A DNA stretch of 63,682 bases, filler included, from Octopus bimaculoides (GCF_001194135.2; 5 parts of 4 records of this genome joined end to end with filler, not necessarily neighbours in it), one strand, 5' to 3'; shown: positions 1 to 14,040, counted from the first letter of the whole stretch. Made by a program: numbers and translations. The notes: generated from the letters alone by a model not told the origin.

Positions 1-84
1 GGGCAAATGTCTTCTACTTTAGCCTCGGGCCGACTAAATCCTTGTGAGTGGATTTGGTAGACGGAAACTGAAAATAGCCCGTCG

Positions 85-119
<35 letters not shown>

Positions 120-262
120 TTGTTATTTGTGTCTGTGTTTGTCCCTCCACCATTGCTTGACAAGCGATGTTAGTGTTTACGTCTCTGTCGCATAGCGGTT
201 CGGCTAAATGCGAACCGATAGAATAAATACTAGGCTTACAAAGAATAAGTCGTGGGGTTGAT
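1..262 (+). mobile_element. SINE family A (tRNA-headed, CORE-like; resembles octopus OR-type SINEs), cut by the window edge
   Basis: GGGCAAATGTCTTCTACT...GGATTTGGTAGACGGAAACTG, internal (TA)n, GAATAAG; aligns with 13577-14040. Confidence 0.85.
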
Positions 263-1650
263 TAGAATGGAGTAATATTAAGTATATTAGGTGGCTATTC
301 CTAGCAGGACGAGCGACTGTGTTAACTTTACACGTTATTCCCTACGTATATACGTACATTGTACACATGTGTTTATGGATATATGAATACATTTTGTGTG
401 TAGGTGTGTTCTCGTACTCTTGTTGTTTTCCGACTACTTTTCAAACACATACGAGCGCGCGCATGCACACACACACATTGTTATATATATATATATATNN
501 NNNNNNNNNNNNNNNNNNNNNNNNNNNNNNNNNNNNNNNNNNNNNNNNNNNNNNNNNNNNNNNNNNNNNNNNNNNNNNNNNNNNNNNNNNNNNNNNNNNN
601 NNNNNNNNNNNNNNNNNNNNNNNNNNNNNNNNNNNNNNNNNNNNNNNNNNNNNNNNNNNNNNNNNNNNNNNNNNNNNNNNNNNNNNNNNNNNNNNNNNNN
701 NNNNNNNNNNNNNNNNNNNNNNNNNNNNNNNNNNNNNNNNNNNNNNNNNNNNNNNNNNNNNNNNNNNNNNNNNNNNNNNNNNNNNNNNNNNNNNNNNNNN
801 NNNNNNNNNNNNNNNNNNNNNNNNNNNNNNNNNNATTTAAATTCATTTTTTATATATTGGCGTTTTCAAACTTCTTTTATATATATATATATATATTCAT
901 ATAAATATATATGCATTTGTACACACACATTTTATGTACAAGTTCTCGATTCTGTATGTGTGCTTGTTCGTTGTGTGCTTGTGTGTATGTTTTGTGTACA
1001 TGTGTCTTTGTGTATGTGAACTTAAGGAATGCGATTGATACGCTATTTGAATTTACTGTGAGGACCTGTTGTCTTTTCCTGTCCTAGATTTTTGCTTGTA
1101 TACACCTTCCTACACACACGCATACACACAGAGGTGCATAGTGACTGTATGCATGCTTCTATGTATGTAAATGTGTGCATGTGCGTGTATGTGTGTGTGC
1201 GTGTCTGTGTAAAACTGCAGATATGTTATACACACAAAGGTACGCATACATGTCTTTGTATATGTGACTCTGCATGTATCTACCTCCCTATCTCCCCTAT
1301 TTTTACAAGCACACACACACACACACATACACTCGCAAACACACACACACACACACACACATGCTCACACACACAGAGTAAAGAGGTTATGTCTTCGGCC
1401 AGCAGATTTCATGAGTCGCCTATACACATACGCGCGCGCGCGCGTGTAGGTGTGTTTCTGTATGGTTCAGAAAATAAGTGCTTTGTACAAAATGCTGAAA
1501 TGGTATCCACAATGACTTAGTGTCTAGTCAAGCCTAAGACCGCGTTCTACCCAAATGATCACTCGATCTTTTATCACGGAGTCGCTGGTTTCATGCTCCA
1601 CCATATTAAGTACACAATCACGATGTCCCATATACTCTCTTCATTCTGCT

Positions 1651-1742
1651 ACATTCATAATTATGTCACATTCATAATTGTGATATCACTTCCTGTCACA
1701 TTCATAATTGTGTCACATTCATAACCGTGATATCTCTTCCTT
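1651..1742. repeat. Irregular minisatellite (GTCACATTCATAATTGT-based)
   Basis: About five copies of (GTC)ACATTCATAA with two GTGATATC.CTTCCT interruptions. Confidence 0.75.
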
Positions 1743-3049
1743 CTTTGGCTATTGCAATTCGCTTGCCTCTCCTAATTTGTTACTGTATTGTGTTCACGCA
1801 TTTAAGTTTTCCCAAAACCAATCTTTCTTCCACAGAACGCAAGCTGAGTGCGATTAGTTCCTTACCTATGGTTTTTACCCTGCAGCCGCCATATTGTAAC
1901 TATTTAAAGATGAATATTACTGATGTCTATTGCAACGGCCTCTGAGAGCTTACGAGGGTCACAGAAGAATCCCTTCATCTAAACCACAGATTTAACATAT
2001 GCATACAAATACAAATGCACACACATACACAAACACACGCACACACAAACACACGCATATGTATTTGCGCATGTATTATGTATGTATATGTCTAACAATC
2101 TATCAACATACATACATACGTGCATGCACATATACATACATACATACATACATACATACATACACAAACACTTCCACCGCACACACACGTTCACATATAT
2201 AAATGTGTGCATGATTATAGTTAGGTATCTCTGTATGTAGGCAGATAAATGATTGCTATTTAGCCTCATACATACATTCCTACATACATACATACATACA
2301 TACATACATACATGCATACATACATACATACATAGATACATACACATATACACACATAGATTCTGTTGCTATTTCTAGCAACTCGAACGACCACTCAGAA
2401 TTCGCCATCGCTGGTTCGCATGTAGTCTGTTAGTGTAAAAATTTAAGCATGCAAATGTATGTGAGCAACTGTCTAGATATCCATCTTCACCTGACACATC
2501 TAAACATACATTCAGACATACACTCTCATACAGATTGAATAACTGACCAATATATTGTTGTTATCGTCATCGTCGGTGTTGTACTTATTTAGCTCTAATC
2601 CAGCAAGCCTATGAGTGAAAGCGTTACTGTCATGGTTTTCCTATTTTCTATTTAAACAGTGCATCTAAGACTACTTTATCCATTGTGTTCTTCATTTCTT
2701 AAAATGCTTGTGAGCTTGCGAGACTCTCCTACTTATTTCTGTTACAAGATTCCTAGTTATGGCTACGTAGTGGCTTGAAATTTTATGTATGTACGGTGTG
2801 TTAGTTTTGTTCTCGGTAGGGAGAGAGTTTGCCTGTGTTTAAACCTAATGTTACATCGATGAAATAAGCTATATTGCAGTTAATAGTTATATTTAACGTA
2901 AACATCTTATAATTCTATACATTTATTTATAAATCTATACATGTCGTGGCCAATCATGTTGTATGCACGCCATAAATAGATATAGAAAATATTTAATAGG
3001 TATAGTCAAGGTGTTTGTTTTAAACATATGTCACTGGTTTATCCTAATA

Positions 3050-4345
3050 TAAGGATATATTTAACAGGGCCTCCTCTTACTGCAATAATGCGCTAGCCAG
3101 AAGAGGTTTTTGCGAGAAGCTGTTTACAAGAAGCACGATTTACACATGAAAAGAAACACGAAAAGAAATTGATCCACCATATAACATGGATGTAGTCACT
3201 AATATGACTATGAACATTCTCCACCGACACACGAGTACATTAAATAATTTGATACAAACAATGTTAAGGACAGCTATTCTTGCCCGGATGACATAGCTTC
3301 CCATATCACATACTACAACCAAAAATAAACATCTAGGCATCCTTTAACCATTTTGTAACAGCTGGTCCCTCCTAATAACCCACTCAGAAAATCTTGCCTG
3401 TCTAAAGCAGTAATATATACAGCATCGTTAATCTCCACAGGTAGTATCGAATCGTGCGTGATTCACAGCAAAAATATCTGAAAGCTGTCATTACCAGTGT
3501 CTACATTCATTCACATTAAAGGAAAGGCTATCTCTTTTTCACTTCGTCTCGCTACTCTGCGACTGTGGATCGGAACATACCTCAATAATATGGAACATTA
3601 TAGACAAAATCGTTTTGAATGGAGGCTATGCTTAACTGAAAACGTTCAAATATTAAAAAGACAAAGTCATCACATCACAGGAGATCCTAGATAGTCTTTA
3701 GATGTCGTCATCATAGAAAATTTCATGTGAACATCTTCCATATGCCCCAAATTTACCATCCACTGATTCAAACTCATGGTCAAGGGCTTCAGAAAATTTC
3801 CAAGAGGTAGCTGTCCCTTAATCGTACCTCTGAACTAAGAACTTTCCCTTATAGTAGGGTCGCCTTGTCAACAATAAAGATATTTTGAATGTCATATATT
3901 CGACGATGACATTACCAACTACGACCAATAAACGTCGACCTAGCTGGTTCGTTCCGGACGTACAGCGTCATTCATTTATCTAATATTGCCTGAATGACCA
4001 AAAATGTATTGCATGCCGGAAACCATAAGTAGTGGTGGAATTATCAACTCCATCCATCCATCCATCCATCCATCCATCCATCCATCCATCCATACAGTAC
4101 ACTGTTATTTTTTATGTAAACACACATTCATATACTAAAACTCACACACATTCATGCATACCCATACAGTGAGAATATTTCATTACCATCTAATAAGATG
4201 GCGTTATGTATACTGTGCGTGCATTTTTGTCTGTATGTGTGTATATATACCTATAATTATGTATCAATATATATATATATATATATGTATATATAATTGT
4301 GCCAATATATATACATGTATATATATATGTATATGTATGCGTGTA

Positions 4346-4402
<57 letters not shown>

Positions 4403-4905
4403 CTATCATCTATATATATACATATATATACATATATATATAGCCATATCTACCTCTCTATATTGGGTTGGTTTACGTCGATTGTGGTTATTAGTTCGGT
4501 AGTTTCCAGTATGTGATTGGCTAGCGGTCTATAAAGAATGAACATTGATTAATTAATTAATTACTCAATTAGTAATAATCCAGTTTTATCACTCCGCTAT
4601 AAAAGAACGATAATTTAAAGATAACAAGTACACCACAACTCCAATCTCATAGTAACATTAGTCACGTATGGCATACAGTAAATAAACATAACGAAAAAGG
4701 AAATAAATGGACGATAAAAGTTCAGTCCTTTCTATATTTCAATTCCTACGTTGTGCATTACGTCATACAAAACACCCGTCACATCATCTTAGGGGTCAGG
4801 TGCCCGATAATGTGAGTTTGAATATATGAATGTGTGTTTACATATACATACCTGCTTGTTGTTCCCTCACTTGTCTTCGTGGATTTTTTCCCCCATAAAT
4901 TTGAA

Positions 4906-4966
<61 letters not shown>

Positions 4967-6700
4967 GAGAACACAAATGGCGTTTATAATCTACAATGGT
5001 TGTTTCGGTAGAATTTTATTTAGGTGTTCATAGATTAAATCATAACATATAATATATCATCTTCAGCTGAGATTTTAAACAGGTAAGATGTCAGACAGGT
5101 GAGATTTCATGTATCGATCATGACTAATCCGCCGTCTTTGGTAAAGTCCTGTTTAAAATTTTACTTGAAGATGCCGGATTATATGTTATGATGTAATCTA
5201 TGAATACATCGATAAAATTTTACCGAAACAGCTGTCGCAAGTTTGAAACGCCATTTGTGTTCTCTTTTTATACCTATGCCACGCTTGGAACCAATCCCAG
5301 AGTTGGCTCTACGGTTTAAATTGGATTTGGTTCTTTATATGTCTACAGTTTTCTCTCAACACTTGACACCTTCATCATTGCTTACCTCAATGTGAATTCT
5401 ATATTGTCGTACCTATCCATTTCTGGCGGCCTACGCGATATTGATGTGCCTAGATTCTATAGAATCCTTATAAATATATCTACTCCATATTCTGCTTTGT
5501 TCCACACTAATGTTGAAATCTCAAAGTAAGGAGATCTTGTCATTCATTGAGATCCGACAAAGGACTCCGTTCAGTGTCCGATGTAAACATTTCTTGGCTC
5601 TATTATCAGATGGTAAAGTGGGTGCAAACGTACTGAGAAGTGTAGCACACATTTTCATTGCCAGAAGTAGTGTTTCTGTGAGACTTGGAAAAAGGATTAT
5701 TTGGTTGCCCAGTTCTACTCCGTGAATTCTAACGGGGCAAAAGATTTTCAGCAGAAAGTGTGACTGATTACAATTTATAGAAAGACCTTATACAGGGATC
5801 TGATTTCACTCGACATCACAATGTCAATATTGCGACGTCTCAGCACCGCCATAATAATTTCTCACGTGGTTTGCAGAGATGTTATATAACGCCAGAAGAA
5901 TTCTATTATTACATTCCAGGTTGCCAATTTTAGGTTGTATTGCATCGTATTTTGACCGCAATAATGGAATAGTCCGATTGATGCGCAAACCTCTCCAGTT
6001 CAGTGATTGCCAATTATTAGGCAACCATTTGTAGACTCTATTCCACTTTGTGAATTTTTTCCCCAGAAATCACACACGGGGTTCTTCGAAAACATTTACC
6101 ACTCAGTTTTAGTCGCTAGCGCCCAAATACTTTGTGGTCGCTGCTGTAGTGGATTCTGATTTGGAGTTGCCAGTGCAGTTTATTTGATACCAAATGTCAC
6201 ATTGGTTTGCAAACTCCAACTATTAAAGTCCGGGTATTGTTCAACGCAGTCAGAGTTGGTGTTATACATAAATGATTGTAAAGTGTTTTTGGCGGGGTGT
6301 TACCATCTCAAGTAGCACTGTTACAATGATGAGATAAACGATGATGACTATGATGGATCCAGGATGACCAGTTTCAAATCCTGGTTGCAAGAATCCATCA
6401 AATCCATTGTCACTTAAGCTCGCCTGTCGTGTACTGCGGGAGTATTTCATTTTTGTTTTGGTGCGCCCCGTCGGCATTTGTTGCAAAAGACTTATCACAA
6501 TTGTTGATGAGTGCATATCGACACAGTAGAATACCCGCATGCTATGCTTTTGGAGATCGCTACCCTTAGAAACCTTGTAGTTTAGCTTAGAACAGCGATC
6601 CGCTTCTATGTGTTTCCTCAGGGTGGCGCAGTAGAGTTCTTGGTGGTGAAGAAAATGAATTAACAGGTGAAGTCTAACACGCACGACTCCTCTTTTCACC
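3050..6700 (-). mobile_element. Decayed non-LTR retrotransposon (R2/NeSL-like RT), interrupted by microsatellites at about 4050-4980
   Basis: Degenerate RT-order motifs on the minus strand: IRSLYK (~5800), IFK*IL..LP (~5150), TCLTSYLFKI (~5085), [11 protein letters not shown] (~4000), VR..DS..LEIF (~3815), HEIFYDDD (~3720), SLSFNVNEC (~3520), FRYF (~3475). Each match is weak; the collinear order is the main support. Confidence 0.5.
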
Positions 6701-7270
6701 TTTCGTTAAAGAAGCTAGCTAGAGGATTTATCTGTGAGCAGACAGCAGCAAGTAGAGAGCACGGCGCGGCATGCAGCATGCACTATCAGTATTACAACAT
6801 TATTGCACTATAGCAATGGACTCTTCACACACGTATTGTGTCAATATACAGAAACACACACTGAATACTCTCTCTCTATTATCTCACACACACACTCGCA
6901 TACACACACGCACGCACACACACGCACACACACACACACACGTACACACACGCACGCACACACACGCACGCACACACACACANNNNNNNNNNNNNNNNNN
7001 NNNNNNNNNNNNNNNNNNNNNNNNNNNNNNNNNNNNNNNNNNNNNNNNNNNNNNNNNNNNNNNNNNNNNNNNNNNNNNNNNNNNNNNNNNNNNNNNNNNN
7101 NNNNNNNNNNNNNNNNNNNNNNNNNNNNNNNNNNNNNNNNNNNNNNNNNNNNNNNNNNNNNNNNNNNNNNNNNNNNNNNNNNNNNNNNNNNNNNNNNNNN
7201 NNNNNNNNNNNNNNNNNNNNNNNNNNNNNNNNNNNNNNNNNNNNNNNNNNNNNNNNNNNNNNNNNNNNNN

Positions 7271-7311
<41 letters not shown>

Positions 7312-8249
7312 AACAGCCCGACTAACACATCATACACACACGAACACATTGGCTCCGTTGCAGAGCAAATAAATCTTTAGCTCGTCATTAATATATAAGT
7401 GTGAAGTTATGGGTTTATTTTTAAAAGTTCACAGCAGCAGATAAAGAACGGTTTTCAACCCCAGAAACAAGGCTTCTTTATTAGTTTAGTTTTCAACTAG
7501 GTAGTCACGTATGTTTGAATGTATGAATGTACGCATACATGTATATATGCATGTACACATGTATGTATGTATGTATGTATGTATGTATGTATGTCATTGT
7601 TCAGTTTTATTTCCAGATTTCTAGCCAATAGAGAAATAGAGAAACAACCGGTTTCTTTACCTAGATCCAAGGCTTCTTCGTTGGAATTTCAACAGCAATA
7701 ACAGGGTGTTTTGTTTGTTTGTATATATGTATGTGCAGATTTCTAAGTTTTTATGTATGTATGGTGTATGTATGTATGTACGTACGTACGTATGTATGAA
7801 TGTATTCATGTATGTATGTATGTATGCATGTACAGGCGCGTGTGTGTGAATACGTGTGAAAGCATGTATATTGACGTATGTTCATGTTTATGCATGCACG
7901 TAAAAGTGAACATACGTATATATATGTATGTGAGAATACACATTTGTACGTACGTATGTATGAATAAACGTACGAATACACATGTGTAGATATGAATACT
8001 CGTATGTATGTATCAAAGTATGTGCTATCTGTATACGTATGCATCTGTACATGTGTGTCTTACATATTTTCATTGCCCCATAAATAGCTATAAATTGTAA
8101 TTTCCTAATTTGACGTGTGTTTTCCGGTTTTCTGAAGCCCAGCTTCTCAAGCTTAGTGCTGAGGCATTGTGTTTATATCTCCAAGAGTTATCACTGTAAA
8201 TACAGGTATAAAGCTAAAGTTATAGGTCTGGGAGTAATATATCTTTCTT

Positions 8250-8449
8250 TTATGTTTTTCCTGCTTCAGTCATTGGACTGCGGCCATGCTGGGGCACCGC
8301 CTTGCAGGGTTCAGTATAACAAATCGACAGTAGTACTTATCAATTAATTCTTAAGACTGTTACTTATTCTATCAGTATGTGTTGTCAAACATCTAAGTTA
8401 AAGTGTCTTTCATAAGCCAACACCAGATGTCAAGCAGTTGTCTAGGAAG

Positions 8450-8455
<6 letters not shown>
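8250..8455 (-). mobile_element. SINE family A, 3' half
   Basis: CAGTCATTGGACTGCGGCCATGCTGGGGCACCGCC tail and body. Confidence 0.75.
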
Positions 8456-8499
<44 letters not shown>

Positions 8500-8532
8500 A
8501 CACACGTGGGCGCACATTCATATATGTACATA

Positions 8533-8806
8533 CAGTTATACCTCACTTTGCGAGGACCTGCTTTACGAGACCCTGAGTTTACGAGTTTTATTTTATAATA
8601 AACATGAAAGGTTAAACAGCCAGTTTGTGTGAGTGGCAATATTGCAACACGTAACAACACTGGTTCTGATGCCTCTACACAGCGACGGATTAAAATGACA
8701 GCATAAAATTTCATTGCTTCTATGGGAAATTTTTGCTCTATTTTACGAGTTTTCGCTTTACGAGCGGTCTCCAGGAAAAATTAACTCGTATATCGAGGCA
8801 CTACTC
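8533..8806. mobile_element. Tigger/pogo-like MITE
   Basis: TA flanks. Left end CAGTTATACCTCACTTTGCGAG versus reverse complement of right end GAGTAGTGCCTCGATATACGAG. Internal TTTACGAG repeats; non-coding. Confidence 0.6.
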
Positions 8807-9149
8807 TATATAGCGGAATTTCACACTTTTCTGTCTATCACATTCCATCCCAAGGCACTGGTCAGCCCAGGGTTAGAACAGAAGACAGTTATCTAAGGCA
8901 GCCATGACCGTAAATTTCTCATTAGTTCTGTACAGAGGTTTTTTTTTTCACTAAATTTTTATCATTTTTATATGATAATAGTGTGTAAATATTAGAAAAA
9001 AATCGAAAGCTGCCCGTTGGATTAGAACTCAGAGCTGTAAACATGATAAGGGTTCCAGGGTTCCATTAGTGGACGAAAGCAATTCTTCGAATTTCTCAAC
9101 TTATTTTAGAAACTTACACCCAAGTAAAGCGCATTATTCTGTTATTATG

Positions 9150-9313
9150 TTTCTTTGGTACTTGTTTCAGTCATTTGACTGCAGCCATGCTGGGGCACCG
9201 CCTTAAAGTGTTTTTAGTCGCAGAAATCGATCCCAGGACTTATTCTTTATAAGCCTAGTAAGTTATTCTATCGGTTGTCAAGCGATGGTTGGGGGACAAA
9301 CACAGACGCAAAA
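9150..9313 (-). mobile_element. SINE family A, 3' half
   Basis: GTTTCAGTCATTTGACTGCAGCCATGCTGGGGCACCGCC...CCCAGGACTTATTCTTT. Confidence 0.8.
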
Positions 9314-9323
9314 NNNNNNNNNN

Positions 9324-9488
9324 CCAGTCTTGTCACATTCTGTGTCACGTTGAGTCTCCCCGAGAACTACGTTAAGGGTATATGTGTCTGTGGAGTGCTC
9401 AGCCACTTGCACGTTAATTTCACGTGCAGGCTGTTCCGTTGACTAGATCAACAGGAACCCTCATCGTTGCAACCGACGGAGTGCCAGT
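9324..9488 (+). repeat. Interspersed repeat 3' fragment (family unassigned)
   Basis: GTGGAGTGCTCAGCCACTTGCACGTTAATTTCACG...CCGACGGAGTGCCA recalled as a common octopus repeat; single copy in this window. Confidence 0.35.
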
Positions 9489-10549
9489 TATGTATACGTG
9501 TGTATGTTTATGTATGTATGTATGTATGTATGTCTTATATGCATGTACGCATGTGTGTATATATATGCTTCTATGCATGTTCGTGTGTATAGATGAGTTT
9601 TCTTCGAGATTTCTTTAAGCTTTCCTTTACAGAATTCAAGCCAGTCACAAGTGGCGAGGCTATTTCTTTTGAGTTCTTGACATTTCTTGGGATTTTTGAA
9701 TATGTCAACGAGTCACCGTGTGTATATATGTAAGTACATATATGGATAAACTTGCACTCAAGTAAAGTGTGTGAGTATCAATTTAGTACACAAGTGAATG
9801 TGTCTTATGTCTGTTTTTCTAAATGTATGTGCATGTGTGTGAGAGAGAGTGAGTGAGTGAGTAAGAGATAGATAGATAGATAGAGAGAGTGTTTGTGTGT
9901 GTGTCTATGTGTGTATGCCATAAGCAATTGTGTAGATTGCTGTATTTCATAAAACTCGAATGGAAAATCTCTGGAATGCTTTACAAATTTTCACAGTATC
10001 GTTAATCGATTGTCTTTTGAAGGTGTCAAACACGTTATATTCTTCTTTCTTGGTGAATCTTAGCATTTCAAGCTATGGCTTTCTGCGTATTTCTGCAGGC
10101 CGTCGAAAGGACATGATGGAATATTCATAAGCAGTTTCATTCAATTTTAAAATTCCTTTGTTTTCATGTTAGATGCTGGCGGTCAGTATTAGTACTGATA
10201 TAAAAATTTCTGATGGCGCTTGGTAGAATTTGGGGTTTTTAGCATAAATGACCCGGATCTCATCTAGTGTCCAGTTAATAGCCCAAATGTTGGCGTGAGA
10301 CTGGTGCGTCAGACATAACGGGCAATTAATTTGTGTGTAGAGAACGTTGTGGAGCATATTTTTTAAAAATAGAATGTAATATTCTCTGGTTATGTGTTTA
10401 TTATTACAAGTGCTATTATAAGATATATTCCAATTCTAAGGTAGCATTTCCCGTTGATACCGCAGAATGAGTTAGTCTATTGATAGAGATGTTAACCGGC
10501 TGGCTTGTGGTTTAGTTTTTAGTTTTACAATCAAATAGAAGCACTTATC

Positions 10550-11740
10550 TTGGCCAAAATTCATCATCGTATCCTTTGAGAACGTCAAAACCATGACAAG
10601 AATATTCTTCATATCTTTCATATTTTGGCACAGACTTTCAAGACGTCTACAAATAAGCTGTGCGTAGGTTTCGTAACTATCTTCCTGTCAGCCAATAATT
10701 AACTTATAAAATTTTCTAAGCAAAAAGGATAGGGGATTCTCTCAAGTGTAAACAAAACGACAGAGAAGCTGTCGTACTGAAATATATCTCTGAAATACTT
10801 GATCATATCAGAGATAATGCTATCAGTTACAGTACTTAGTATCAGGACGGTGGATCAGAACGAAGCCAAGATGTGTATTAGCTTTGATTGAGGTCTGTGA
10901 TACTTTAGCAAGCCGAATAATTTCGTGTAGGGAACATAATTGGACACATTTTTAAAAACCCAACCAGACAGAAAACAGATTCCTTTTGTGCCGCCCTGTT
11001 GATCATTGAAATCATAATTTTGATGATAAGAAGTTGCTCAAGACATCTTAAAACACTTTTCTTCCGGCTATGTCTTTCGTTCTCATGATAATATTACCAT
11101 CATTTTGACTCGATCTTAGAGGAGTAGATTCAGAAAAAGACCATAGACATCTCATACTTGGGATTCTAGCGTACAATTGGTCGGTAGTTTTTTTCGCCAT
11201 GTGATTGATTATTTTTGTTGTTATAAGTTTGTTTGTGACAATGCCAGCTAGTGTTTTTTTTTTTGGTACAGATTTGTTTTCGACAATACTAGCCAATCCT
11301 GGGTAACGACTTGACGGTTATGTTAGAGCATCAGACGAGATTATTCTTGATGTTTGATTCGCCCCTTCTCATTCTGACAGGAACCGCAATGACATTACTG
11401 ATGCCAAGCTGTATCGTCCCACAGGCAGTAGTCTTTCTCTTGGTCAATATTGATAGCGTTGATGGAGAGACTTGCATGCATGGACAATTGCCAGACTCCC
11501 CTCCCACATGTATGTATTTAACGTCAACATGGCGTATCATCTCCCTATTGCTTTCGCGCTACTCCAACACTTCTTGTTTGTCTGAAACACCTGTGTCCTA
11601 TCCATATAAAACACATTCAATGCATCAATTACTTTTCCTCTTATCCCAAGATCCAGGCTTCATATTCATTCCTTGCAGAACTGAACCACTTTGAATATCC
11701 CCATCCATGCTATTGCCAGAAACCTTTTTCTTGAATGTAT
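10550..11740 (-). pseudogene. Decayed piggyBac-like transposase fossil
   Basis: Minus-strand pieces in the expected order: LTKRKTTACGTIQ, MRRGES, NHM....TDQL....PSMR (compare L..K.T.ACGT.R.NR, LKRGE, YN..MGGVD..DQ....Y...R). Frameshifts and stops; termini not established. Confidence 0.55.
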
Positions 11741-12717
11741 TCACCTGTAGGATATAATTAAGAAGGCCTCTCTCTATAAACTAAACTTTTGCAAGTAGAG
11801 TGATGACAGTGACTTCGGAACTTCGGCTTGCTAGCTTCATCGAAGGCCAGCAGTCCAAAAATTCGAAGTCACTGTCAACCGTCAACTTGTAAAAGCTTAG
11901 GAAACATGTATTCTACTAAAAAGTATTGCTCAATTCTTCAGTTTTACGTTAAAATAGTTTTATGTATAACTTTATTATATGAAAAAACATATACGTATAT
12001 GTGTGTATGTGTATATGTGTGTATGTGTATATGTGTGTATATATATATGTATGTGTGTGTACGCATATGTATGTATGTATTTATGTATTATGTGTGCAAG
12101 TATGTATGTATGTATGTATGTATGTATGTATGCATATATGTATGTATGTATATATATGTATGTATGTACGGAGCGTGTGTGGGTGTGACAGGAAGATAGT
12201 CTGTAATAGACGTACAGGCAGACAGACATATTGATAGGTTGGTAGGTGAGCTGAGGGCTGCGTATATATGTATGTATATATATACATATATATATATGTA
12301 AATACATACACATACATACGCACACACCCACATATAACCGGGTTTTAGATAAATGGCGATGTACCGAACAGCGCATGCTGAAAATAAATTAATTTTGATT
12401 GTTTGGTAAATAAAACAAAATCCTGAACGTAATTGTGAGCGACCCCCAAATAGAAGTGCTAATTTTAAAGAATAAGAAAGATATATTTGAGTCATTTACT
12501 TCAGGTCACGTATTATAATCATGGAAGTTATACTGGACAAAAGTTTCGTAATTCATTTTCTGCTTGTAAAGACTTCTGTTCCCAACTTGCGAAGATTATT
12601 TGCTTCACTAATGAAGTCCAATAAGAACGAAACACCTCCGCAGTTGTCACTCTGCCTGCTAACAAATATCAGATTTTGTCCTTTCCCTTAGCATGTCTGG
12701 GAAACTGGTTCTTCTTT

Positions 12718-12880
12718 TATGTTTTATCTATTACTTGTTTTAGTCACTGAACTGCGGCCATTCTGGGGCACCACGCCGAAGCGTTTTAGTCAAACAAGTC
12801 GCCTTCCTGTACTTATGTCATTTTAAAATTTGGTACTTATTCTGTCGATCACTTTACCGAACGGTTAAATTCTGGGTTAA
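12718..12880 (-). mobile_element. SINE family A, degenerate 3' half
   Basis: CTGCGGCCATTCTGGGGCACC...GTACTTATTCTGTCG. Confidence 0.65.
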
Positions 12881-13011
12881 ATATAGAACGCGTCTCTAAT
12901 TTGCCTGCCGCCTTTAATTTTTTGGAATTACTTCCTTTTCTGTATTGAGCAGCCAACAGTTGTCACCAAGTTTTTATCATGTGTTTCCAACTAAGAAGTA
13001 AATTCAAAAAC

Positions 13012-13111
13012 NNNNNNNNNNNNNNNNNNNNNNNNNNNNNNNNNNNNNNNNNNNNTTAATTAATTAANNNNNNNNNNNNNNNNNNNNNNNNNNNNNNNNN
13101 NNNNNNNNNNN
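13012..13111. other. Artificial 100-bp scaffold gap with TTAATTAATTAA spacer
   Basis: 44 N + TTAATTAATTAA + 44 N; the same layout recurs at 20101-20200, 49039-49138 and 62088-62187. Confidence 0.95.
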
Positions 13112-13576
13112 CGTGTGTGCGTGTGTGTGTGTGTGTGTGTGTGCGTGCGTGTGTGTGTGTGTGATAAAAAGTCGAAATAGAACATGGAGGAGGTTAAAGA
13201 AAACGGAAAAAGGACAATTACATGCAGAAATCCTCTCATCAGCCATGGACACCAGAGTCCAACGTAGTTTTGGTCCGTTTGAAAGCCGAACACTTTAAAT
13301 TGATCGTACTGCTTCTCTAGTTGCGGCAGTAATATAGGAAATATCATTGCAGTGATGGACAAACAAGGCATAAAGGTGAAAGACATTAACATACAAGGGA
13401 CAGAAACAATTGAGTAACAGGAAATATATGCATGTGCTGTGTGAATGTGTGTGTGTGCGTGCGTGTGCAAGTTATATATAAACACACTTTAACATCAAAC
13501 TAAAAAATTACTGAAGGATTTTCTGTATGTACATGGAGATGTGTATAAATATAGCATACATGAATACATACAAACA

Positions 13577-13739
13577 TGTGGCTGTGTGGTAAGTAGCTTG
13601 CTTACCAACCACATGGTTCCGGGTTCATTCCCACTCCGTGGCACCTTGGGCAAATGTCTTCTACTATAACCTCGGGCCGACCAAAGCCTTGTGAGTGGAT
13701 TTGGTAGATGGAAACTGATAGAAGCCCGTCGTATATATG

Positions 13740-13792
<53 letters not shown>

Positions 13793-14040
13793 GTGTGTAC
13801 GTGCGTGTATATGTTTGTGTGTCTGTGTTTGTCCCCCCCCCAACATCGCTTGACAACCGATAGTGGTGTGTTAACGTCTCCGTAACTTAGCGGTCCGGCA
13901 AAAGAGACCGATTTAATAAGTACTAGGCTAACAAAGAATAAGTCCTGGGGTCGATCTGCTCGACTAAAGGCGGTGCTCCAGCATGGCCGCAGTCAAATGA
14001 CTGAAGCAAGTAAAAGAGTAAAAGAGTAAAGAGTAAAGAG
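13577..14040 (+). mobile_element. SINE family A, full length
   Basis: A-box-like TGGCTGTGTGGTAAG, B-box-like GGTTCATTCCC, CORE-like CACCTTGGGCAA, internal (TA)(TG) microsatellite, tail GGTGCTCCAGCATGGCCGCAGTCAAATGACTG, (GTAAAAGA)n end. Confidence 0.9.

Noticed and set aside
6262-6699. Host C2H2 zinc-finger gene
   Set aside because: No canonical CxxC...HxxxH repeats or TGEKP linkers; better explained as the N-terminus of a decayed retroelement or as chance.
13056-13067. TTAATTAATTAA recurring four times (also 20145, 49083, 62132)
   Set aside because: Always centred in 44N+12+44N: an artificial six-frame-stop gap spacer, not a biological motif.
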